Assembly: GCA_963811165.1 (NCBI GenBank) | Contig: CAWEQH010000010.1 | Coordinates: 224,001-288,000, forward strand | Reading direction: 5' to 3' | Source of the DNA: an uncultured Nitrospiraceae bacterium | GTDB taxonomy: Bacteria > Nitrospirota > Thermodesulfovibrionia > Thermodesulfovibrionales > UBA6898 | DNA: 64,000 nt | Part shown: one piece after another, positions 50,231-60,035 of the stretch | Layout: each line of letters begins with the position of its first letter | Position numbering within the stretch: the stretch's first letter is position 1 | Notes under the pieces: generated by a model | What the model saw: only the letters and a program-made list of their open reading frames with translations | Databases searched by the model: none | What the model was told of the DNA's origin: nothing | Program-made: the position numbers and the translations under genes

Positions 50231-51398
50231 ACCGTCCCGCAGCAGAACCCGAGGCCCAGGCCCAATGGAGATTGAATCCCCCCAACTGTCCGGTCACATC
50301 GAGGACCTCACCGATGAAGTAGAGACCCGGAACCTTCTTTGATTCGAATGTCTTAGAGGACAGCTCTTTCGTATCGATACCCCCCACCGTGACCTCGGCC
50401 TGAGCGTACCCGCCGGTGCCCGCAGGTCTAAGAGACCACTGATGCAGTCCCCGGGCGATACCTTCGAGTTCTCTCTGGTTGTACTGATAAAGGGGCCGCG
50501 AAACAAAATGGCGTGAGCAAAACATCCTGCCGAACCTCTTCGGAAGATATCGTGCCAGCAGGGTATGCATCTCCATCCTGCTTTTCGACTCCTGCATGAA
50601 GAGCTCCAGGGCGTCGAGGCCGGGCAGTAAGTCGATTGTGATCGCGTCGCCGCTTTTCCAGTAAAGCGAGGTTTGGAGGATTGCCGGGCCGCTCATGCCG
50701 CTATGGGTAAAGAGGATTTCGCCGCGGAACAGCCTTTTTCCGCAGGAGATGGATGCGTCTAGCGATACGCCGCTTAGTTCCCTGAAAAATGCTGCATCGC
50801 CCGGGGGAAAGGTAAAAGGAACGAGACCGGGATGCAGGGGCGTGGTCCTGATGCCGAACTGGCCTGCGATGCGGTATCCAAGATCGCTTGCTCCCAGTGC
50901 GGGATATGACAACCCTCCGGTCGCAACTACCAGCGACTGGGATTCAAGGACATCCCGGCCGGCCACTATGTTGAAGAGGTCCTTCTTCGCGACGGACTCC
51001 ACTTTTTGATGAAGGCGTATTTCAACGCCCGCCTTCCTACATTCGTTATGAAGCATTTCGACAACGTCAAAAGAGGTGTTCCTGCAGAACAATTGACCGC
51101 TTTCTTTCTCATAGTAAGGGATGCGGTAGCCGTCGAGAAGAGCCATGAAATCTTCGGGGGTAAAACGGGAAAGCGCTGATTTGCAGAAATCGGGGTTGTG
51201 GGACAGGTAATTGCCCGGGCATGCATGGAGATTCGTGAAATTGCAGCGACCGCCGCCTGAGACGCGAATCTTGGACGCGGTCTTCCCTGCGTGATCGATG
51301 AGCAGCACTGAGCGTTTCCTCTTCCCGGCCTCTCTTGCACACATAAGGCCCGAAGCCCCGGCGCCTATGATGATTACATCCGTCCTAAACGACATCAC
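50223..51398 (-). CDS. HI0933/YhiN-family flavoprotein
   Basis: IIGAGASG, SGGGRCNFTN, ATGGLSYP, LFTH.G.SGP, VT.GG, GEVLDVTG.LGGFN. Confidence 0.94.
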   Translation of the reverse strand: MMSFRTDVIIIGAGASGLMCAREAGKRKRSVLLIDHAGKTASKIRVSGGGRCNFTNLHACPGNYLSHNPDFCKSALSRFTPEDFMALLDGYRIPYYEKESGQLFCRNTSFDVVEMLHNECRKAGVEIRLHQKVESVAKKDLFNIVAGRDVLESQSLVVATGGLSYPALGASDLGYRIAGQFGIRTTPLHPGLVPFTFPPGDAAFFRELSGVSLDASISCGKRLFRGEILFTHSGMSGPAILQTSLYWKSGDAITIDLLPGLDALELFMQESKSRMEMHTLLARYLPKRFGRMFCSRHFVSRPLYQYNQRELEGIARGLHQWSLRPAGTGGYAQAEVTVGGIDTKELSSKTFESKKVPGLYFIGEVLDVTGQLGGFNLHWAWASGSAAGRYV

Positions 51399-51483
51399 TG
51401 ATGAGTATTGTACAACACCGCCTTCCCGGAATGTTACTGCGGGGACTTTTTAAACATGCGGCTGAAAATAGTACAATAGGTGC

Positions 51484-52473
51484 GTGAGCTTTTTTGACTC
51501 CTATATAGGGATGTTTGTACTTCAGTCGGTTGTCCACTCGTTTGTTACCCTGCTTATTGTGGAGATGTCGCTTCGGATATGGGAGGTCGATATCGCCCGT
51601 GAACGCTTTCGATACAGGCTTCTTGTGCTCATTCTCCCATTTTTTATGTTCCCGGTCTTCCAGCTGATCAATCCCGACAGGAGTTCTTTTTATTTTATTG
51701 AAGACACCGCCCTTTTCAGCAGTTCACGCTGGTTGGGGATACAGATCCTCGGACTTCGGCCTCTGCTTTACTTTTTCTATTTCGTCCTCGCTATTGTATC
51801 CGGCCTTGTTATTTTGCAGGAGATGGTCCCCATTTTCAGGGACTGGCTCAACAAGCCCCAGGAATACGGCAGTGAAGGCCGTCCGGCGGGTACTGAGATC
51901 GACCGCCTGGTGGGAGAGATCAGCCGGGTACTGAAGACGCCCAAACCCGCGGTTTTTGTCGTCGATGACCCCAACCCGCTCATATTTACGACCGGCACAA
52001 CAAATCATTCAATCATACTGTCGGAACCTCTCTTTTCTGTCTATAGCGCCACAGAGCTGAAAAGCGCACTTGCCCATGAGATCGCCCATATAGTGAGAAG
52101 GAGCAACGTTACCACCCTGCTCGTCTTCCTTGTCAGAATTTGCATGTTCTTTAATCCGATTCCCCTCCTTGAATTCCGAAAGCTCGTTCAGGACGACGAG
52201 CACATATGCGATGATATCACTGTTTCCGTGACGGGCGATCCCGGCGCCCTTGCTTCTGCACTGAGGGTGTTTTGTCTGGACGTACCCCATAGCGATGTTT
52301 TCAAGTTCTCCTTCGTAAAAGAGGCCATCGAGAGTTCCAGCCATAACCTCCTTTTGCAGGAGCGGATAGAAAGGCTCGAGAATAAGGGTAATTTCGATTA
52401 CCATGCGTATGGATGGGGAAGGTACGTCCTGACCCTGACGGTGATCATTGCGGTGAACTACTATGTCGTTTGA
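51484..52473 (+). CDS. Membrane zinc metalloprotease, M56/M48 (BlaR1-like) family
   Basis: Several TM segments, ALAHEIAH (HExxH), FFNP, E..CDD, ERIERL. Confidence 0.85.
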   Translation: MSFFDSYIGMFVLQSVVHSFVTLLIVEMSLRIWEVDIARERFRYRLLVLILPFFMFPVFQLINPDRSSFYFIEDTALFSSSRWLGIQILGLRPLLYFFYFVLAIVSGLVILQEMVPIFRDWLNKPQEYGSEGRPAGTEIDRLVGEISRVLKTPKPAVFVVDDPNPLIFTTGTTNHSIILSEPLFSVYSATELKSALAHEIAHIVRRSNVTTLLVFLVRICMFFNPIPLLEFRKLVQDDEHICDDITVSVTGDPGALASALRVFCLDVPHSDVFKFSFVKEAIESSSHNLLLQERIERLENKGNFDYHAYGWGRYVLTLTVIIAVNYYVV

Positions 52474-52484
52474 GAGGGTATGAG

Positions 52485-53015
52485 ATGAGGGGTTTACGAA
52501 AATATATCATTTTCGGGGCCATGGTCGTTGCAGTCACAGTTGTGCTGAACGTCCTTAACTGGGTTCCGACAATATTTCAGAGGGAAGGGGTAAGGAAATA
52601 CAAGACCGTCGAGGACGCAAAGGTCGAGCTCAAATTAAGTAAAATATTCCTTCCCTCCTATTTCCCGCAATATCTGATGTGGCCTCCTTCGGAGATTTAC
52701 GGCCGCAGGAAGCCGGCCAAGATGGTCTTAATGCATTTCATCAGTTATGACAGAAAGGATGTCGTACTTTCCGTCATGCAGGCTGAATCCAGAGATCCGC
52801 ATCCTCTTAAGTCGAGAATTGAACCTGTAAAGATAAGAAAAAGGGAAGGGATACTCATAAAGGGCAGGAGGGGAGAGCTTTCTCTTGCCCTCTGTGCCGG
52901 AGGAGAGCCTTGCAATTCGGTGACCTGGGAGTCTGAGGGGTATACCTTTACCATTATCGCGAAGGACTCCGTGGAAGAGCTGCTGAAGATCGCTGAAAGC
53001 ACGATTTCCGAGTGA
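52485..53015 (+). CDS. Membrane-anchored hypothetical protein
   Basis: N-terminal TM, IFLPSYFP motif, C-terminal W..EG...I.....EELLKIAES; start inferred. Confidence 0.7.
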   Translation: MRGLRKYIIFGAMVVAVTVVLNVLNWVPTIFQREGVRKYKTVEDAKVELKLSKIFLPSYFPQYLMWPPSEIYGRRKPAKMVLMHFISYDRKDVVLSVMQAESRDPHPLKSRIEPVKIRKREGILIKGRRGELSLALCAGGEPCNSVTWESEGYTFTIIAKDSVEELLKIAESTISE

Positions 53016-53314
53016 GGCTGCCCGTCCTGGCGGACAGGCTGTCTTGTAGCGTAAAATAGGAACTATTCCCGATTGTTTCGGGTTGTCGCATCTGTTAACC
53101 TTTATTGAAGGAAAGAGAAACGGGTGGGCCCAAAGGCAGGGGCGCCAGAAACGAGGGTCTAATATGTTAACATTAAAGCACATAGGCGGCGAGATGAAGG
53201 AAGAGTTAGACGACCAGTATCAAAATGGAAGAATTAACAGATGGGTGAATTCGCGGAAGGGACCGTTTCAAGCGGTACATGACGGCCCTTTGTCCTTGAC
53301 GCCTGGAGGGCTAC

Positions 53315-54700
53315 ATGGTTAAGCGTAATGCATTGTTGCTATTGGCAGTCTTCTGCATCTTCTATGGGTTTTCAAGAGAAAGCCTCGCTGCCCACCCGCA
53401 AAGCGAAGAGGGCTCAGTATGTCTGGGTTGTCATCAGGACAGGGACATGTCACTTGTGTTTAAGAGTGGAGAAAAATTGTCCCTCTATGTGGACGGCGGC
53501 GCGCTCGTGGGGTCGGCGCATAAAGATCTGGCATGTTCGGGTTGCCATGGCTTTTCTGCAGGCGACCACCCGAAGATGCAGTTTAAGAACAAGAGAAGCT
53601 TTATCCTGTCGGTTTCCGACGGCTGCAAGCAGTGTCATTCATTTAAGAAGGGCATCCACCTCAGGATGATAAGCATGCTCAAGCAAGTCGCCTGTGTCGA
53701 CTGCCACGGCTCACATTCCATAAAGACCGTAAAGGAATCCGGGGATTCCTGTTTCGGCTGCCACAAGTACGGTTTTTCGCTGTCTTTCAAAGACGGCGGA
53801 AGGCAGTCCCTTCAGATAGAGGAAGAGGCACTTAAGACCTCGGTCCATGACAAACTGAGATGTGCCGACTGTCACTTCGGCTTTTCTTCGAAGGAGCATC
53901 CCGAGAGGACTTTTCCGGACAAGAGAAACTTCACGATCGTGACGTCCGAAACCTGCAGGCGATGCCACTTCGACAAGTACACAAAGACCCTTGAGGGCAT
54001 CCACTTCAATATGCTTCTTAAAGGGAACCTCAAGGCGCCGGTATGCGTCGACTGTCATGGCTCCCATTCCATTGAATTTGGCAGGAAGGAAAAGATACAG
54101 AGCGCAAGGAGGTGCCAGACGTGCCACCAGGACATTTATGCGACTTATTCGATGAGCGTTCACGGCAAATCCCTCCTGTCTACGAACAACCAGGATGTGC
54201 CGGTATGTTCTGATTGCCACAGGGCGCACGACATTTCGGACCCGAGGATGGCTGATTTCAGAAATAATATTCCCCAGATGTGCAGCAACTGCCACGCCAA
54301 CGAGGAATTGATGAGACGCTACGGCCTTTCGACCGCCGTGCTGCAGTCGTACCTGGAGGATTTCCACGGTGTTACCGTATCGTACTATAAGAAGCAGAAG
54401 ACCTCGGTCAGGCATATCGCAGTCTGTACCGATTGCCACGGGATACATGATATCACGCGAACGAAAGGGCCGGATGCCTCGATCGTAAAAGCGAACCTCA
54501 TCAGAAGATGCAGGAAGTGCCATGCCGGGGCTTCGGAGAATTTCCCGGACAGCTGGATATCGCACTACGAACCTAACTTTAAGAGGGCGCCGCTCGTGTA
54601 CGTCATCAATCTCATATACACGATATTCATCCCGTTTATGATAGTGGGGCTTGTCCTTCAGATAATCCTGCATATCTGGCGCTATGCGGTGAACAGGTAA
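53315..54700 (+). CDS. Periplasmic multiheme cytochrome c, 13 CxxCH motifs, C-terminal TM anchor
   Basis: Signal peptide; CLGCH, CSGCH, CKQCH, CVDCH, CFGCH, CADCH, CRRCH, CVDCH, CQTCH, CSDCH, CSNCH, CTDCH, CRKCH. Confidence 0.95.
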   Translation: MVKRNALLLLAVFCIFYGFSRESLAAHPQSEEGSVCLGCHQDRDMSLVFKSGEKLSLYVDGGALVGSAHKDLACSGCHGFSAGDHPKMQFKNKRSFILSVSDGCKQCHSFKKGIHLRMISMLKQVACVDCHGSHSIKTVKESGDSCFGCHKYGFSLSFKDGGRQSLQIEEEALKTSVHDKLRCADCHFGFSSKEHPERTFPDKRNFTIVTSETCRRCHFDKYTKTLEGIHFNMLLKGNLKAPVCVDCHGSHSIEFGRKEKIQSARRCQTCHQDIYATYSMSVHGKSLLSTNNQDVPVCSDCHRAHDISDPRMADFRNNIPQMCSNCHANEELMRRYGLSTAVLQSYLEDFHGVTVSYYKKQKTSVRHIAVCTDCHGIHDITRTKGPDASIVKANLIRRCRKCHAGASENFPDSWISHYEPNFKRAPLVYVINLIYTIFIPFMIVGLVLQIILHIWRYAVNR

Positions 54701-54712
54701 AGGGGGAGGCAT

Positions 54713-55477
54713 ATGATCGAAGCTGAAAAGAAAAATATCGAATATATAAGAAGGTTCCATCCCCTGCGCATAATAGAGCATCAGGCCAATGCCATCGCCT
54801 TCATTGTGCTCGTCGTGACGGGACTGTCGCAAAAGTTCCATGATTCGTCATGGGCCGAATGGGTGATCATGAACTTAGGGGGGATCGATAACGCCAGACT
54901 CATCCACCGCTACACAGGACTCCTCCTGGGAACCCTCACGCTGCAGCATATATTGATCGCCTCTTACGGCGTCATCAGGAAAAAATGGATGCCGTCCATG
55001 GTCATCAACGTCAAAGACTTTACGGACGCCATAGACAATCTGAAATATTACTTCGGCATTACCGACAGCCCGGCCAGATGCGACCGTTACGACTACAAAC
55101 AGAAATTCGAGTACTGGGGAGTGGTGATAGGCGGGATACTTATGGTCCTGACGGGTCTCACCCTATGGTTCCCGACGAAGGTTTTTCATCTTATACCGTT
55201 TCTTCCCGGCCAGATCATTCCGGCGGCCAAGGCCCTGCATACGAACGAGGCAATGCTTGCCTTTCTCGTTATCGTCATATGGCATGTCTACAATTCAGTG
55301 TTCAGCCCGGACGTTTTTCCCCTCGACACTGCGATATTTACCGGTAAGATTTCCAAAGAGAGGATGATCCATGAACATCCTCTTGAGTACGAGAGACTGA
55401 CTGGGGTAAGACTGCAAGACGAGGATGCTCATGACGCCGGGGAGGCAGAGGAAGATAATGTAAAGAGCACATCATAG
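54713..55477 (+). CDS. Di-heme cytochrome b (FdnI/HydC-like)
   Basis: RIIEH, LVVTGL.QKF, ARLIHR, RYDY.QKFEYW, LHTNEA.LA, IWHVY. Confidence 0.92.
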   Translation: MIEAEKKNIEYIRRFHPLRIIEHQANAIAFIVLVVTGLSQKFHDSSWAEWVIMNLGGIDNARLIHRYTGLLLGTLTLQHILIASYGVIRKKWMPSMVINVKDFTDAIDNLKYYFGITDSPARCDRYDYKQKFEYWGVVIGGILMVLTGLTLWFPTKVFHLIPFLPGQIIPAAKALHTNEAMLAFLVIVIWHVYNSVFSPDVFPLDTAIFTGKISKERMIHEHPLEYERLTGVRLQDEDAHDAGEAEEDNVKSTS

Positions 55478-55552
55478 GACACGGTCTTTTATGGACGGCA
55501 AAGGACGACCTTGTGAACCCCTGAGGAGGGCTGATATAATGCGGCAGAGTCG

Positions 55553-57418
55553 ATGCAGAAGAAAATAATAGTCTCGACGTTGCTGAGCGTTGTCGTTATT
55601 CTCCTAGCCCTCGGGATCATAAGTAACCTCAGTATCAATGACAGCATAGGACACTCCCTTACCGAAAGAAGCGACCTGGCCGCTATCCTGGCGAGCTATA
55701 CCGATTACCGCCTCCAAAACAATCTTACAAGGCTTTACGACATTTCTCTGTCCGGCACAATAGACCTCAACGACAACGACTGGGAACCGGAAGACAACGC
55801 TTTGAATACGGCCTATCAGTATTCGATATTCACGGACGGCATATTTCTTCTCGATCTTAAGGGAAACGTCGTAAGGTCCTATCCTCCGGGGCAGCAAAAA
55901 AGGAACCTCATGAGTATTCCGTACGTAAAAAAGACGATTGAGGAGAACAAAGCGGTCATCTCGAACATTTACACGGAGGAGGGAACGAAAAGAAAGGTGA
56001 TTTATGTCCTCGTTCCCCTGAAAGATAGAAACGGCCGGACTATCGGTGCCGTCGGAGGGGAGATTAACCCCACGAATTACGTTCTGACGAATCTCATAAG
56101 GGCGATACCGACGCGAGGGGACACGATTATAGAACTCGTCGACAGTTTCGGTGTGGTGATCGCATCGAACAATCCCGTGAGGGTGTTTGCCTGCAGCGAC
56201 CGAAACAAGATACTGGGCAATCTTATCGCCACGAAACAGAAGGCGGTGATGAAGTGCCACAGGTGTCATGAAGGGGAAAATCCGCCCGGCACTGCAGAAC
56301 GCGTAAAGACTACCGACATGCTTGCCTTTGCCCCCCTTTCGGAGGCGCCATGGGGTATCTCGGTGAGGGAATCCGAAAAGAGGGTCTTTGCCCCATCCTC
56401 GCAGCTTAGAAAGAAGTTTCTGATATTGGGCCTGATATCGATCGGAAGCGCACTGGTTTTTTCATTGGGAATAAGCAAAAGTATTGTGAAGCCCATCAGG
56501 TCTCTTACGATGGCTACCAAGAAGATTGCGGGCGGCAATCTGAAAGGCGGTCCTGTCACGGTCGTATCCCGGGACGAGATCGGAGCGCTCGGCATGAGTT
56601 TTGAGATAATGAGACGGAGACTATCCGATTCTCTCGATAAAATCCATAAATATAATACCGAGCTTGAGGAGAGGGTGGTAGAGAGGACGGAAGAGCTGCA
56701 ACAAAGCCGCAAGAGACTTTCCATATTGCTTCATGAGGTCATACGGGCCCAGGAAGAGGAGAGAAAGCGTATCGCCAGGGAACTCCATGACGAGACGAGT
56801 CAATCCATAGCGGCGCTCGGCATGTCGATCGAGATTGCGGCAATCGCGCTTAAGGAAAATGCGCTTACCCCGGAAAAAATATACGAACTCAGGGGGAGGG
56901 TGACCCAATTGCTTGAGGGCATCAGCCGCCTTATCCAGGACCTGAGACCCCCGGTCCTCGATGATCTGGGGCTTGAGTCCGGGGTGCGGTGGCTGCTTGA
57001 AAGGCACCTGGCCGTAAAGGGGATAAAATACCGGTTGAACGCCTCTAAGGAATTCCAGGGCCTTATATCGAGTGAGGAAACGATACTGGATGAAAAAACG
57101 GTCTTCAGGCTTTTCAGGATAATCCAGGAGGCCGTGATCAATGTCTCGAAGCACGCGGAGGCATCGAACGTGGAGGTATCGCTTCTTTTCGATGGTCAGG
57201 CGGTCAAGGCATATATTAAAGATGATGGCATCGGTTTCGACGTGCAGACGGTGCTCAGAGAGGCGGATTCCGGCGAACGGTCGGGATTCGGACTGATAGG
57301 ACTCAAGGAGCGTGCCGCCCTTCTTGCGGGGACCGTGGATATCCGTTCAGTCCCAGGCGAAGGGACTGAAATCACCATAAGTATACCGCTAAGTTCCCTG
57401 GAGGTTCAGAATGTCTAA
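55553..57418 (+). CDS. Cache-HAMP sensor histidine kinase (HisKA_3/NarX-type) with a periplasmic CxxCH
   Basis: Two TMs, KCHRCH between them, HAMP (RDEIG.L), ERKRIARELHDE, LRPPVLDDLGL, DDG.GF, GFGL.GLKER. Confidence 0.94.
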   Translation: MQKKIIVSTLLSVVVILLALGIISNLSINDSIGHSLTERSDLAAILASYTDYRLQNNLTRLYDISLSGTIDLNDNDWEPEDNALNTAYQYSIFTDGIFLLDLKGNVVRSYPPGQQKRNLMSIPYVKKTIEENKAVISNIYTEEGTKRKVIYVLVPLKDRNGRTIGAVGGEINPTNYVLTNLIRAIPTRGDTIIELVDSFGVVIASNNPVRVFACSDRNKILGNLIATKQKAVMKCHRCHEGENPPGTAERVKTTDMLAFAPLSEAPWGISVRESEKRVFAPSSQLRKKFLILGLISIGSALVFSLGISKSIVKPIRSLTMATKKIAGGNLKGGPVTVVSRDEIGALGMSFEIMRRRLSDSLDKIHKYNTELEERVVERTEELQQSRKRLSILLHEVIRAQEEERKRIARELHDETSQSIAALGMSIEIAAIALKENALTPEKIYELRGRVTQLLEGISRLIQDLRPPVLDDLGLESGVRWLLERHLAVKGIKYRLNASKEFQGLISSEETILDEKTVFRLFRIIQEAVINVSKHAEASNVEVSLLFDGQAVKAYIKDDGIGFDVQTVLREADSGERSGFGLIGLKERAALLAGTVDIRSVPGEGTEITISIPLSSLEVQNV

Positions 57419-58064
57419 GATAAGAGTCATGATAGTTGACGACCATTCCCTCGTCAGGGAAGGAATTACCGCCCTCTTGAAGTTTTATGAGGACGTTGAA
57501 GTCATAGGAGAGGCATCGGACGGCAAAGAGGCGATCGAAGCTGCCGCGAGGCTCAAGCCCGATGTCATACTCATGGATATCGCGATGCCGGGGCTCGGAG
57601 GACTCGAGGCCACCCTGGAGATTAAAAGACACAACCCCGATATAAAGGTACTTGTCCTGAGCCAGTATGACGACAGGGAATACGTAAGCAGATTTCTTAA
57701 AGCCAATGCCTCGGGTTATATCCTCAAAAGAGCGGTCGGCGGAGAACTTATTTCCGCAATCAGGGCGGTTGCCAAGGGGGAATGTTATCTCCATTCATCG
57801 ATTGCAGCAAAGGTCGTCGACGGCTATATTGGAAAGACCGTGGAGGTTTCCGATCCTTACGAATCTTTGACTGACAGGGAAAAACAGGTGCTGAAACTCA
57901 TCGCCGAGGGTAATACCCATAAGGAAATGGCAAGTACTCTGGGCATCAGCGTCAAGACCGCGATCGCGCATCATACGAACATATGCGACAAATTGGGACT
58001 CAGGTCGAAGGCGGAGCTTATCAAATTTGCCATACAAAAAAACATAATCAGACTCGAGACCTAA
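57411..58064 (+). CDS. NarL/LuxR-family response regulator
   Basis: VDDH..VREG, PDVILMDIAMP, LTDREKQVLKLIAEG. Confidence 0.96.
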   Translation: MSKIRVMIVDDHSLVREGITALLKFYEDVEVIGEASDGKEAIEAAARLKPDVILMDIAMPGLGGLEATLEIKRHNPDIKVLVLSQYDDREYVSRFLKANASGYILKRAVGGELISAIRAVAKGECYLHSSIAAKVVDGYIGKTVEVSDPYESLTDREKQVLKLIAEGNTHKEMASTLGISVKTAIAHHTNICDKLGLRSKAELIKFAIQKNIIRLET

Positions 58065-58307
58065 GGTGAGTTCTCTTAAACAGACGATGAGTAACCCCTG
58101 AACTGGCTTCACTATGTATGTCGGGCTCGTCCGGTCTACCACTCGTAGAGAATCTTTTCTGACTTTTCGGAAGGATTCCCGACCTGCCTGCCTGCCGGCA
58201 GGCGCGCTTCGATTTGTGGGAATAGCACCCGCTCCTTAATATTGTTTTCAAATGAACAATAAGCCGGTCCGCTCTTATGCGTAAATTAGTTGTGATAGAA
58301 TTGTCAT

Positions 58308-60035
58308 ATGAGATTCGAGAGGCACCGGATTCCCCTTAAAATAAGTCTTATTTACCTCTTTGCGGGAGGAGTCTGGATCCTTTTCTCCGATCTTTTCGTA
58401 TCGGCGCTGTTTAGTGACCCCTCGATCATCACACGCCTGCAGATATTCAAAGGATGGTTCTTTGTAGGTGTTACGGCGATCATGCTTTATGTCGCCATAG
58501 AGCGCAACATCAAGGCAATCCAATCGTCGAAGGAGGCGCTTCGGGGAAGCGAGGAGCGTTTTCGTCAGTTGGTCGAGGGGATTACGGATTATGAGATCTT
58601 CATGCTCGATCCGTCGGGGCAAATCATAAGCTGGAACATAGGGGCCGAGAGGAGCAAGGGGTATAGTCCCGAAGAGGTGATAGGAAAACACCATTCGATT
58701 TTTTTTACAAAGGAAGATGTGGAGCGCGGCCTGCCGGAGATGGAACTGAAGATTGCCGGCGACAAAGGAAGGTTCGAGGACGAGGGCTGGAGGGTAAGAA
58801 AGGACGGATCTCTCTTTTGGGCAAGTGTGCTGATCACTGCGCTAAGGGATGAAGAGGGGTATCTCCGCGGGTTCTCTAAAGTGATCAGGGACATTACGGA
58901 GCGAAAAATGGCAGAGGAGACACTTAGAGACAGCGAGGAGCGGTATCGCATCATTGTGGAGACCGCATCGGATGCGATTATTACCATAGATGATATGAGC
59001 AACGTGGTATTTGCAAACCCTGCTACCTTAAAAATTTTTGGGTATATACCGGAAGAGATCGTCGGGGGAAAGCTGACCGTATTGATGCCCGAGCGATTCA
59101 GGGAGGCCCATTTGGCGGGGATGAGACAGCATTTGATGACGGGCGAAAGAGATGTTAAATGGGAGGCATTGGAACTGCCAGGCCTGCATAAGAGTGGCCG
59201 TGAGATACCTCTGGAAATTTCTTACGGGGTCTTCATAAGGCAGGGAAATAGCTTTTTTACGGGGATCGTCCGCGACATCACCGAAAGAAAGCTCGCCGAG
59301 AAAGAGAAGGCATATAAGGGCATGCTGGAGAGGTTTAACCAGGAGCTGGAGACGCTCGTGGCAGAAAGGACGATGAGCCTGATGGCCCTCAGACTGGCCG
59401 ACAGGGTACGGACCCCTGCTTCCATAATAGGGCTTTTGGGGAAAAGGATTTTAGGGAGGGCTGATGCTTCGGACAGGACGCATGAAGCCGTCGGGACCAT
59501 CGTAGCCGAGGCGGAAAAGCTCGATATCATCGTGAAGGAATTTCAGGCGCTGCTTAAGAAGAAATCAGTTTTCAGTTATGAAGACATAAATGACATTATC
59601 AGGGATGTACTTACGATTATAGAGCGGGAGGCCGCCTCGAAACATGTAGAAATGAGGGTAAGGCTGGCACCGCAGCCATTGAAAATCAACGCACAGAAGG
59701 CCCTTTTAAAAATGGCTGTTTTCAATATACTGAGAAACGCCGTCGAGTCCTCCGGCGAGGGCTGCTGTATCACAGTAGAGACGTCGGGTGACAGCGACTA
59801 CGTGCATCTCTCGGTTTCGGATACCGGTCACGGGATACCAAAAGAAATTCTCCAAAAGATATTCGATCCGTTTTACAGCGCTGAGATCTACCGGTTCGGC
59901 ATGGGTCTGCCTCTTATTAAACAGATAATATCGGAGCATCTCGGCGAGATTCAGGTCCAAAGCGAAACAGGCAAGGGCACAACGTTCACAATCACTTTTC
60001 CGATAAGATGGCAGGAAAAGACGGACCATCCCTGA
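58308..60035 (+). CDS. Membrane PAS-PAS histidine-kinase-like protein lacking the canonical phospho-His
   Basis: Two TMs, two PAS/PAC domains, H-box reads LADRVRTP, N-box NILRNAVE, DTGHGI, IFDPFY, FGMGL. Confidence 0.9.
   Translation: MRFERHRIPLKISLIYLFAGGVWILFSDLFVSALFSDPSIITRLQIFKGWFFVGVTAIMLYVAIERNIKAIQSSKEALRGSEERFRQLVEGITDYEIFMLDPSGQIISWNIGAERSKGYSPEEVIGKHHSIFFTKEDVERGLPEMELKIAGDKGRFEDEGWRVRKDGSLFWASVLITALRDEEGYLRGFSKVIRDITERKMAEETLRDSEERYRIIVETASDAIITIDDMSNVVFANPATLKIFGYIPEEIVGGKLTVLMPERFREAHLAGMRQHLMTGERDVKWEALELPGLHKSGREIPLEISYGVFIRQGNSFFTGIVRDITERKLAEKEKAYKGMLERFNQELETLVAERTMSLMALRLADRVRTPASIIGLLGKRILGRADASDRTHEAVGTIVAEAEKLDIIVKEFQALLKKKSVFSYEDINDIIRDVLTIIEREAASKHVEMRVRLAPQPLKINAQKALLKMAVFNILRNAVESSGEGCCITVETSGDSDYVHLSVSDTGHGIPKEILQKIFDPFYSAEIYRFGMGLPLIKQIISEHLGEIQVQSETGKGTTFTITFPIRWQEKTDHP

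Noticed and set aside
53711..54841. 376-aa minus-strand ORF
   Set aside because: Antisense shadow of the multiheme cytochrome; no recognisable motifs.
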